A DNA stretch of 61,491 bases, counting the filler, from Candidatus Fermentibacterota bacterium (lineage in GTDB: Bacteria; JAFGKV01), in assembly GCA_016928395.1 (NCBI GenBank). It is 3 parts of 3 records of this genome, joined end to end, with 100 filler letters (N's around TTAATTAATTAA, not from the genome) between each part and the next. Parts side by side here need not be neighbours in the genome. Positions count along the whole stretch, not along the records: positions 28,703 to 48,705 come from JAFGKV010000211.1; 2 more parts are not named here. The stretch is one strand, 5' to 3'. Both the position numbers and the translations under genes were made by a program. Below are positions 30,274 through 38,676 of the stretch, in pieces (within the stretch, counting starts at the first letter, position 1; the number at the start of each line of letters is the position of its first letter). Under the pieces are notes generated by a model. It was not told where the DNA came from. It made no database searches and was given only the letters and a program-made list of their open reading frames with translations.

Positions 30274-31910
30274 CCTCCGGCGCTATCACAGGCCTGCCTG
30301 CGCTGGTGGAAAATACAGTGTTTGTCGGGCTGGCATTGGCTTCAAAGCGTGTTTGCACGCTGGCAGAACAGGTCCGGCACGGAATTGACGCTCCTGTCCG
30401 GCCATTTCGGATTCTCCTGGCCGGGGGCACGGGCGTCGGGAAGTCAACCCTGCTGAATGCGCTGGCAGGCCGCGCTATTGCTCCCGCGGGCCAAAGGCGG
30501 CCGACCACCACGGGGTTCACCGTGTATCTCCACGAGCGGGATACTGATCCTTGGCTGCATAGTCTGCCGGGTGTGTCCGTGGTTGTCCATTCCCAAGGAG
30601 GGTTGGAGGGGAAGACCCTCATCGATTCCCCCGATGCCGACAGCGCTGTGACAGAACACCGGGCCATGCTGGAGGAGGCGCTGGCGGTGGCGGACCTGGT
30701 CTTCGTGGTGGTCACGGAGGAGAAGTATCTCTCTTCCGTTGTGCTCGGGCTCATGGCCGCCTACCGGGAAGGCAGAGAGTTTGCCCTTGTGTTCAACAAG
30801 GCGGACAGGATCACCGATAGGGGAGTAGTTGACGATTTCCGGAGGACAGCCGCCTCGGCGGGGTTCGAGGATGCGCCGTTGTTCACCGTGTCTGCCCAGG
30901 CGGCATTCCAGCGGGGAAGCAGTGATCCGGCGACCGGGCAGTTTGAGGAGCTACGCGCCTTCATTGCCGACGGGCTGGATCGCGCTCGGCTGGCCGAGAT
31001 CGCCACATCGAATCTGGCCGAACGGGCGAGTGCGGCCGGGGTCGCCATTCGGTCTGCATTGCCCCCGGCATGGGAAGGCGCGGCAGACGCCTGGCAGCAA
31101 CGGTGTCTTCTGTCTATCGCCGCGCGTTTCGCAGATACCGCGACAACGCTCCGTCGGCGCCTCCTGCGGGAGGACGAGCTGGCAGCAGTCATCACCGCGA
31201 CTCGCGGCTGTGGGTTCGGGGGAGTGTTCGGCTGGTTCTCTGCCCTGGCCTATGCCCTTCGCGGTTTCTTCCCGCCGAGTGCCCGCACTCTGGATGCCGT
31301 GGACCTATCCATTCGGCGTCGCATGGAGGACATCAGCAGAGGGCAAGATCACTCCGATGAGCTGGTGCGGGAGGATTTCTCCGCGGCGGCAGCGGAGTTG
31401 GGCGTCGATCCCGGCGCCGTGCGTGATCTGGTGACGGCCCACCCCGCCCCGGCGACAACTGCAAAGCTGGTGGCGGCCCGGTTGCCGGGGTTGGTTCGGC
31501 GCGAAGCGGAACGTCTCAGTGCTCCTCCGGGGAGGGTGTGGAACCTCGTCGTTAATGTCCCGGTGTGGGTATGGCTTGGGTACTGGGTGTTTCGGACCGT
31601 GACCAAAGTCCTTGAGGGGCTGCCTCCCGAATGGGAGGCGTTCCCTGGCGCGGCGATCGTGGGCGTGATAGTCCTGGGTTTGCAGTGGCCCGTGGTTCAT
31701 CGGATCGTTATGTACAGCGGGCGCCGACGCGCAAAGTCAGTAATCTCCTCAGTGTTGGCGCAGTTGGAGTCGGAGGCCACGGGCCTGCATGCAGCGGCCG
31801 TGGACGCAGTGGAGGGAAGGATACGTCAGGAAATTGACGTCCTTCGCGGTGAGCTCAGTCTTCTTGATGAGCTGTCGATCGGGCGGGCTTGTCACGGCGG
31901 GGAGGGATAA
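30270..31910 (+). CDS. Dynamin-like/YfjP-type GTPase 2
   Basis: G1 GGTGVGKST, G2 RPTT, DSPD, NKAD; two C-terminal TM-like segments; GTGA overlap with GTPase 1. Confidence 0.8.
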   Translation: MTSGAITGLPALVENTVFVGLALASKRVCTLAEQVRHGIDAPVRPFRILLAGGTGVGKSTLLNALAGRAIAPAGQRRPTTTGFTVYLHERDTDPWLHSLPGVSVVVHSQGGLEGKTLIDSPDADSAVTEHRAMLEEALAVADLVFVVVTEEKYLSSVVLGLMAAYREGREFALVFNKADRITDRGVVDDFRRTAASAGFEDAPLFTVSAQAAFQRGSSDPATGQFEELRAFIADGLDRARLAEIATSNLAERASAAGVAIRSALPPAWEGAADAWQQRCLLSIAARFADTATTLRRRLLREDELAAVITATRGCGFGGVFGWFSALAYALRGFFPPSARTLDAVDLSIRRRMEDISRGQDHSDELVREDFSAAAAELGVDPGAVRDLVTAHPAPATTAKLVAARLPGLVRREAERLSAPPGRVWNLVVNVPVWVWLGYWVFRTVTKVLEGLPPEWEAFPGAAIVGVIVLGLQWPVVHRIVMYSGRRRAKSVISSVLAQLESEATGLHAAAVDAVEGRIRQEIDVLRGELSLLDELSIGRACHGGEG

Positions 31911-31919
31911 CCAAGGCTC

Positions 31920-32414
31920 ATGAGCTGGTGGGAAGTCGCATTGCTTGTCCCGCTGGCGGGAGGGGTTCTTCTAGGTATCGCGGGCTCGGTGCTACCGCTG
32001 TTGCCGGGTCCTCCGCTCATTCTTGCCGTGGGGGCCGGGTATGCGTGGGTCACGGGATTCCGCCATCTTGGCTCGACCACTCTTATCGCTTTGGCGGTAT
32101 TGACCGCGGCGTCGATGGTGGTGGACTGGCTTGCAGGGGCTTTGGGCGCAGCCGGCGCGGGCGCATCCCGTCTCGCGGTGATCACTGCGACCGTGTTAGG
32201 GGTAGCGGGTCTGTTCCTTGGGCCATGGTGGGCCGTGGTGGCATTGCCTCTACTTGGTGTGGCGGCCGTCGAACGCATAGCGGGAAGGAGCACTCGTCGT
32301 TCCCTCCGTGCGGCCGCCGGCGTCGGAATAGGCACTGTCGTCTCCGGAATCCTCCGGGTCACGATCTCGGTGGCAATGGGGCTCATCATAGTATTCGGTT
32401 TCCTATCGAGCTGA
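31920..32414 (+). CDS. DUF456-like membrane protein
   Basis: GIAGSVLPLLPGPPLI and DWLAGALGA..AGAS motifs; highly hydrophobic. Confidence 0.75.
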   Translation: MSWWEVALLVPLAGGVLLGIAGSVLPLLPGPPLILAVGAGYAWVTGFRHLGSTTLIALAVLTAASMVVDWLAGALGAAGAGASRLAVITATVLGVAGLFLGPWWAVVALPLLGVAAVERIAGRSTRRSLRAAAGVGIGTVVSGILRVTISVAMGLIIVFGFLSS

Positions 32415-32733
32415 GTTCTGAGGCGACGAGTTCCCCGCCCGGCGGTGCGGCATGTGCTCAGGCGTCCGCGTGCGCGATCGTCTCGCAGGGGTTAGGGTTC
32501 TCCCAGCCGCTTGACCCCGCCCAATTGCGCCTGCTTCTTTGATCTCATCGCGTTTCGACGATCACGCTCACTGTGGGGGAGCGATGGATCTGAATCCTTT
32601 CTGTTCCATTGCACTCACGGGGCACAGGGCGACCCTCGGCACGTCGTGTCTCCCGCAGCGGGATCTACTCCTGAGCGCCTTGCAGCCGAAACGAGGGCAC
32701 GCTATTCGGTATTTCCTGACAGAGGTGATGAGC

Positions 32734-34275
32734 ATGAGTTTCTCTCCGGTCCAAGCTAGTCCGATTACCAATACCCGTATGCGGGATCCCGACCATGTGG
32801 CCGACATCTCCGGCATGTGTGCCGTCTGCACTGCCGACTGCCTCGGTCCTTGCGAGATAGGCCTCTCGGCACTACGCGGTTCGGAAGCCATCCTGCCATT
32901 CTCCGCTGACAAGAACCAGTTCGCCTCGGAGAAGCGTTATCCCCTTGATTTCTCCCACTTCAGCATTAACGGCAGGGTATTCGGTGCGAGGGGGCTTCCG
33001 GCGGATCCCAACGAGGCCACGTACCCGAATGTGGACCTCTCTTCCACGTTCGGCATCACCTGTGCACTCCCTATCAGAGCTCCGTTCATCCTTCCCGCCA
33101 TGGCCAAGTTGGCGTGGAGGGAGTACTTCGCGGGAGCTGCGCTTTCGGGTGTACCTGTCGTTATCGGTGAGGATGTCATCGGCAAGGACCCAGGCCTCGT
33201 CACCGACGGTCACAGGGTTGTGGATGCGCCGCTGATTGCAGAAATGGTCTCTAGCTTTCGGCGTTACCATCGGGGTCTTGGCGACATCGTGCTCCAGGCG
33301 AATTTCGACGATGAGTATCACGGCGTCCTTGAGTATGCAATCGAGCGGCTTGCCGTCAGATCCGTAGAGCTGAAATTCGGGCAGGCCGCCAAGGGAATTC
33401 AGGGCATGGGCCGGGTGCCGAAGATCGAAGATGCGCTTCGATTCAGGGCGCTCGGCTACCTTGTCGTGCCTGACCCGACGGATCCCTCGGTCGCCGAGGC
33501 GTATGTTCGAGGTGTCGGCCCTGTGTTCGAGAAGATCGGCAAGCTGCCGATGTGGAGCCCCGAGGCGCTGGTTCTGCGGGTGGAGGAACTACGGAGGATG
33601 GGTGCGGAGCGTATCTGTTTCAAGACGGGCCCCTTCGACCCCCGGGATATCGCCACGATACTGGATATTGCCTCCGAGACTGGGGTTGATTTGGTGACCC
33701 TCGACGGAGCTGGTGGTGGCACCGGTCACAGCCCAGCGAAGATGATGAACGAATGGGGTATGCCGACCGTGACGTTTGAGTCAATCTCGTGCCGCATCCT
33801 CCATACGCTGAAAAGGGCGGGCAAGCCGCTCCCACCCATCGCGATGGCCGGCGGGTTTGCGACCGAGGATCAGATCTACAAAGGGTTGGCCCTGGGCGCG
33901 CCGTACGTGCGCATGATAGCCATTGGCCGCGCCGCCATGGCCGCCGCGTCCGTGGGGCGTCAGGTGGGGGATGCGTTGCGGAAGGGTGTGGTACCCAAGG
34001 AGTATGCCCGTTTCGGTACCAGCGTAGATGAGGTATTCGCGGACTTCCGCATTCTCAAGGGGGAGTATGGCGAAGAGACTTCGAGTATCCCAACCGGGGC
34101 GCTGGGACTCTATTCGTATCTGAACCGAGTCTCCGCCGGTCTCAAGCAGTTCATGGCACTGAATCGTGAGTTTGCGCTTCGGCATATCAGCCGGGAAGGT
34201 ATCGTTCCCCTCACCGAACTCGCCGCGAAGACAACGGGCCTCTCCACCTATGAGGAACTTCTCAACAGGCGCTGA
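32734..34275 (+). CDS. FMN-binding glutamate synthase family protein (stand-alone synthase domain with N-terminal Cys cluster)
   Basis: SGMCAVCTADCLGPCEIG, ELKFGQAAKG, FKTG, DGAGGGTG, MMNEWG, KGLALGAP, GRAAM; GAGGTG RBS. Confidence 0.85.
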   Translation: MSFSPVQASPITNTRMRDPDHVADISGMCAVCTADCLGPCEIGLSALRGSEAILPFSADKNQFASEKRYPLDFSHFSINGRVFGARGLPADPNEATYPNVDLSSTFGITCALPIRAPFILPAMAKLAWREYFAGAALSGVPVVIGEDVIGKDPGLVTDGHRVVDAPLIAEMVSSFRRYHRGLGDIVLQANFDDEYHGVLEYAIERLAVRSVELKFGQAAKGIQGMGRVPKIEDALRFRALGYLVVPDPTDPSVAEAYVRGVGPVFEKIGKLPMWSPEALVLRVEELRRMGAERICFKTGPFDPRDIATILDIASETGVDLVTLDGAGGGTGHSPAKMMNEWGMPTVTFESISCRILHTLKRAGKPLPPIAMAGGFATEDQIYKGLALGAPYVRMIAIGRAAMAAASVGRQVGDALRKGVVPKEYARFGTSVDEVFADFRILKGEYGEETSSIPTGALGLYSYLNRVSAGLKQFMALNREFALRHISREGIVPLTELAAKTTGLSTYEELLNRR

Positions 34276-34664
34276 AGGAACGAATCACGGTGGAGAACGG
34301 CGCGAGGAGGGCATAGGACAGCCGCCGGTTGTCTGCGGGAGGCAATGCGCAGCCCAGTGGCGGATGCCCTTGCGGGCAGGGTTACTCAACGCATGAACAG
34401 GCCCGACTCGGGTCGATTGGAGGTAACTCCGTACGGTCTGGACGGGGATCGGCACGGATTCTCGGTTTCGTCTACTCGGTACGTCGCACCGTAGGGCGCG
34501 ACCGTATCCACGTCGATTGACGCACTGCGTTCCTCGGGGTTTTCCACTCCGTCGAACTCGCCATCATCGTCCGATTCTCGGCCCACGGGTCGGCCCCGAT
34601 CCCGCGCACGTTTCCTTTCTTCATCCTTAGGCGTGACTGAACCCACGACGGGCTGTCGTAAGAC

Positions 34665-34693
34665 TTGACGAGCGGCGGTATCACTGCTACACT
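34665..34693 (+). promoter_or_regulatory. Candidate sigma70 promoter of the purine operon
   Basis: TTGACG (34665-34670), 17 bp, TACACT (34688-34693), ~190 nt upstream of guaB. Confidence 0.6.
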
Positions 34694-34881
34694 GCCGGTC
34701 CCAAAAGGGCGCGTGGCCCCTGTGCATAGGGGTTCACCTTGACCCTTCCTCAACTTCAGCTCTTGGATCCTTCGAGTGCTATACCGTACAAAGCGTTTGC
34801 CGCTGGCTCGGGGAGCGCCGGGCCGGTGGTGATCAGGGCGGTAAGCAGGCGGGTGAGCCTGCGGGCCCGAAAGTAGGTGAC

Positions 34882-36378
34882 ATGGCAAAGCATATTGAGT
34901 TCGAGCCGTCACGGACTCTGACCGAGTTCCGGCTCCTTCCAGGGTGTACCACCGAGGCGACAACTCTGACCCACGTGAACCTCCAGACCCGTCTTGTACG
35001 GCTGGCCCGGGGCGATGGCTGGATGGGGATCAAGATCCCCCTGGTGGCCGCGGCCATGCAATCGGTATCCGGCGCGCGCATGGGTCTTGAGATGGCCCGG
35101 CTAGGGGGATTGGCCTTCATCTTCGCGTCGCAACCCATCGAGCGTCAGGTGGAGATGGTGCGGAGGATCAAGAACTACAAAGCAGGGTTTGTCACCCCCG
35201 AGACTGTGCCCGCCGACATGCCCATCAGCGAGCTGGCGGAGCTCACCCGCCGGCGCGGGTTCGCGACGTTTCCCGTGCTGGACGCATCAGGGGTGTTTGT
35301 GGGTCTCATCACCCGTAATGATTATGACGCGAACCGCCACGGTCACTTGCCGGTCCGTGACAGGATGATCGCCCGGCCTGCCCTGGCGGTGGGCGGCGTG
35401 TCCCAAGATCTCCGGGAGGCGAACGCCGTCCTCATGGACAGCCACCAGACCGTGCTCCCCATCGTGGATGCCCAGGACGCGGTGCGCTATCTGGTCTTCC
35501 GCAAGGACATCACGGATCATCTGGACAACCCGCTCCAGTTGGTGGACGGCCGAAAACGGCTGATGGCCGCGGCGGCGGTGAATACCCATGACTATGTGGA
35601 CCGGGTCAGCGCCTTGGTGGAAGCCGGTGTGGACGTGATCGCCGTGGATTCCTCCCATGGCCATTCGGTGTTCCAGGAAAGGACGCTGCACTGGATACGC
35701 ACCCACCATCCCGACCTGCCTGTGATTGGCGGCAATGTGATCACGGGGTCCGGGTTCGATTTCCTGGTGGAAGCCGGGGCCTGCGGGGTCAAGGTCGGCA
35801 TGGGCGGCGGTTCCATCTGCATCACCCAGGAGCAGAAGGGAACCGGGCGGGGTTTGGCCACGGCCATCATGAAGGTGGCCGAGGCCAGGGATGCCCATGC
35901 AGAACGCACCGGTAACTACATCCCGATCATCGCCGATGGAGGCATCGTGCATGCCAAGGACATCGTTGTCGCATTAGCGCTTGGCACCGACGTGGTGATG
36001 ATGGGCCGCTACTTCGCGCGTATGGACGAATCTCCCACCGAGAAAGTGACAATCAACAATCGGGTGATGAAACCGTACTGGGGCGAGGGAGCGCAGAGGG
36101 CGAGAGAGTGGAAGGCCGTGCGCTACCACCAGGCGGTCTTTGCCGAAGGCGTCGAAGGATTCGTCGAGTATGCAGGCAAACTGAGGGACAATCTGGACGA
36201 CACGCTGGCGAAGATTCGGGCATCCATGTCAACGTGTGGTGTTGCCACCATCGAGGAACTGCACTCAGGCGCGGAGTTGGAGCTGGTGTCGGCCCTTTCC
36301 ATTCGGGAGGGGCAGGTACACGACATCCACCTTCCTGGTCCCGAGGCGCTCTACGGCTCGACGAAGTGGGGAGACTGA
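34882..36378 (+). CDS. guaB: IMP dehydrogenase (with CBS pair)
   Basis: PLVAAAMQSV, VDSSHG, KVGMGGGSICIT, IIADGG, MMGRYFA, YWGEG, EGVEG. Confidence 0.96.
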   Translation: MAKHIEFEPSRTLTEFRLLPGCTTEATTLTHVNLQTRLVRLARGDGWMGIKIPLVAAAMQSVSGARMGLEMARLGGLAFIFASQPIERQVEMVRRIKNYKAGFVTPETVPADMPISELAELTRRRGFATFPVLDASGVFVGLITRNDYDANRHGHLPVRDRMIARPALAVGGVSQDLREANAVLMDSHQTVLPIVDAQDAVRYLVFRKDITDHLDNPLQLVDGRKRLMAAAAVNTHDYVDRVSALVEAGVDVIAVDSSHGHSVFQERTLHWIRTHHPDLPVIGGNVITGSGFDFLVEAGACGVKVGMGGGSICITQEQKGTGRGLATAIMKVAEARDAHAERTGNYIPIIADGGIVHAKDIVVALALGTDVVMMGRYFARMDESPTEKVTINNRVMKPYWGEGAQRAREWKAVRYHQAVFAEGVEGFVEYAGKLRDNLDDTLAKIRASMSTCGVATIEELHSGAELELVSALSIREGQVHDIHLPGPEALYGSTKWGD

Positions 36379-36379
36379 G

Positions 36380-37597
36380 GTGCCGGTCTACGTAGTGGTG
36401 GGAGCACAGTGGGGGGATGAAGGCAAAGGCAAGGTCTGTGATTTTCTGGCGGGGGCCATGGACCTGGTGGTTCGCTATCAGGGCGGCGCCAACGCGGGCC
36501 ATACCGTGGTGTTCGATGACAGGAAGATCGTTTTGCACCAGATCCCCAGCGGGATACTCTCTCCCCGCGCCCGGTCTGTCATCGGCAACGGGTGCGTGGT
36601 GGATCCCGTGATCCTGGCGTCGGAGATTCGAGAACTGGCTGCGGCGGGAGTGCATGTCGGACCGGAGAATCTCATCGTATCGCAGCATGCCCACCTGGTC
36701 ACGCCCCTGCATCGGTTTTTGGATGAGAAGCAGAACGGCGCCATCGGTACCACGGGCCGCGGGATAGGGCCCTGCTACACCGATAAGGCGCAGCGCAGCG
36801 GCATCCGTCTGGAGAGCCTGATGGATGGTTCATGGAGAGGCCGCATGCGGGAGCATGGGTCACGCCATGAGGATTTCTACCGCGTGGTCTACGGTGTGGG
36901 GTACATCGATGTCGAGGAGTCTATCAGGGCTTTGGAACCGGCAGTGGCGCTGCTGCAGCCTCTCATCGGCGATACCGCTCAGGTGGTTTGCGATGCCGTG
37001 TCCACGGGCGGCAGTATTCTGTTCGAAGGCGCTCAAGGTACCTTCCTGGACCTCGATCACGGGACCTATCCCTACGTGACATCGTCTACCACAACCGTTG
37101 GCGGCGCCATCAGCGGCGGGGGTGTCTATGTGCATTTTGACCGCCGCATCGCGGTGATGAAGGCCTACGCAACCCGAGTGGGAGAGGGGCCGTTTCCCAC
37201 CGAACTTACAGACGAGACTGGCCGAAGACTACGCGAAGTGGGCCGCGAGTATGGCGCTACAACGGGCCGTGCTCGGCGCTGCGGCTGGCTGGACCTGTCC
37301 ATGGGCCGGCGGGCCTGCATGATAAACGGGTTTGACTATGTCGTCCTCACCAAACTTGATTGTCTTTCCGGGCTTCCCGTCCTACGGGCTGCCGTGGGAA
37401 GGGCTTCGGACGGAACGCCCGACTACGTTGACATGGAGGGTTGGGATTCGAGCATTGCCGGCGTCACCTCCTTCCATGAACTGCCCGTTGAGGCCCGGCG
37501 CTATGTTGCATTCATCGAGGAATACCTGTGCGTGCCGGTGGGTATGATCTCCACCGGGCCGAGCCGTAGTGACATCATCATCAGGAAAGAACCATGA
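36380..37597 (+). CDS. purA: Adenylosuccinate synthetase
   Basis: GAQWGDEGKGK, QGGANAGHT, IGTTGRGIGP, EGAQG, GTYPYVTSS, GATTGRARRCGW. Confidence 0.98.
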   Translation: MPVYVVVGAQWGDEGKGKVCDFLAGAMDLVVRYQGGANAGHTVVFDDRKIVLHQIPSGILSPRARSVIGNGCVVDPVILASEIRELAAAGVHVGPENLIVSQHAHLVTPLHRFLDEKQNGAIGTTGRGIGPCYTDKAQRSGIRLESLMDGSWRGRMREHGSRHEDFYRVVYGVGYIDVEESIRALEPAVALLQPLIGDTAQVVCDAVSTGGSILFEGAQGTFLDLDHGTYPYVTSSTTTVGGAISGGGVYVHFDRRIAVMKAYATRVGEGPFPTELTDETGRRLREVGREYGATTGRARRCGWLDLSMGRRACMINGFDYVVLTKLDCLSGLPVLRAAVGRASDGTPDYVDMEGWDSSIAGVTSFHELPVEARRYVAFIEEYLCVPVGMISTGPSRSDIIIRKEP

Positions 37598-38676
37598 CCG
37601 AAATCCCCAGTGGTACCGATATCGATTTGGGAAATATGTGTTCCCGCATTGCCTATGACCACGCCGTACGGACCTTCGCCCATCGCGCCGGTAAACCCGG
37701 CGTGGTATGGTCGGGCTTGGACGGAAGCTTCTCCAATATTCTGCGTTTCGGCGATACGCGTATCGGCATCAGTTCGGACGGAATCGGAACCAAAGTGGAA
37801 GTCGCCGAACGGGTCGGATCGTACAGGACCTTGGGTTTCGACCTGATGGCTATGGTGGTGGACGATCTGGTCTCCAACGGCATTCGTCCCACGACCCTTT
37901 CCAATATTCTGGATGTGGATCACCTGGATCCCCAGGTCGTTGATGAGCTCATGAGCGGTCTCTGTGAGGCCGCGGCGGCCGCAGGGGTGACGGTGAGCGG
38001 AGGCGAGATTGCAGAACTGGGAAGCAGAGTCGTGGGGTGGGGTCACAAGATGCACTTCAACTGGTGCGCCACGGGGATTGGGTATCTCCCGGCGGACACC
38101 GAGCCTGTCGACGGTTCCCGCGTCCGGGTCGGTGATGCGGTGATCGCCTTGAAGAGCCGGGGCTTCCGCAGTAATGGGTTCTCGCGGATTCGTTCGATTA
38201 TGGAGGGTGTCTTCGGCGCATCATGGCATACCTCATGGTTCGATGAGTCACAAACCTGGGGCGAGGTATTGCTCACTCCTTCCTTTATCTACGCACCATG
38301 CGTGGCTGCCTTGCTGGATGAAGGCCACGCAGTCGTAGGTATCGCTCATGTCACCGGCGGCGGCATCCCAGACAACCTCGCCAGACCTTTGAGAGCCGGC
38401 ACATTCGGCGCCAGGCTGACAGAGCCGTATCCCCCGCTGCCAGTCATGCGCAAACTCCAGGAGTTGGGGGAGGTTCCCGAGCCCGAGGCATACCGGCTGT
38501 GGAACATGGGGAACGGGATGCTTCTCATCGTCGGTGCGGGGCATTCGCACGCAACGGTGGAACGCATTCGCGCAGCGGGATATGACGCGCGAATCGCGGG
38601 GACGGTGATTCCAGAACCTGTGATTTCACTGGAGACTGGCGGGCTGTGGCCCCAGACTCTGACATGGCCGGGGTGA
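37594..38676 (+). CDS. purM: AIR synthetase
   Basis: SDGIGTK, AMVVDDL, GGEIAEL, GFRSNGFS, AHVTGGG, WNMGNG. Confidence 0.95.
   Translation: MTEIPSGTDIDLGNMCSRIAYDHAVRTFAHRAGKPGVVWSGLDGSFSNILRFGDTRIGISSDGIGTKVEVAERVGSYRTLGFDLMAMVVDDLVSNGIRPTTLSNILDVDHLDPQVVDELMSGLCEAAAAAGVTVSGGEIAELGSRVVGWGHKMHFNWCATGIGYLPADTEPVDGSRVRVGDAVIALKSRGFRSNGFSRIRSIMEGVFGASWHTSWFDESQTWGEVLLTPSFIYAPCVAALLDEGHAVVGIAHVTGGGIPDNLARPLRAGTFGARLTEPYPPLPVMRKLQELGEVPEPEAYRLWNMGNGMLLIVGAGHSHATVERIRAAGYDARIAGTVIPEPVISLETGGLWPQTLTWPG

Noticed and set aside
34276-34660. Riboswitch or small gene between the glutamate-synthase-like gene and the pur promoter
   Set aside because: No consensus motif recognised; short ORFs lack family features.
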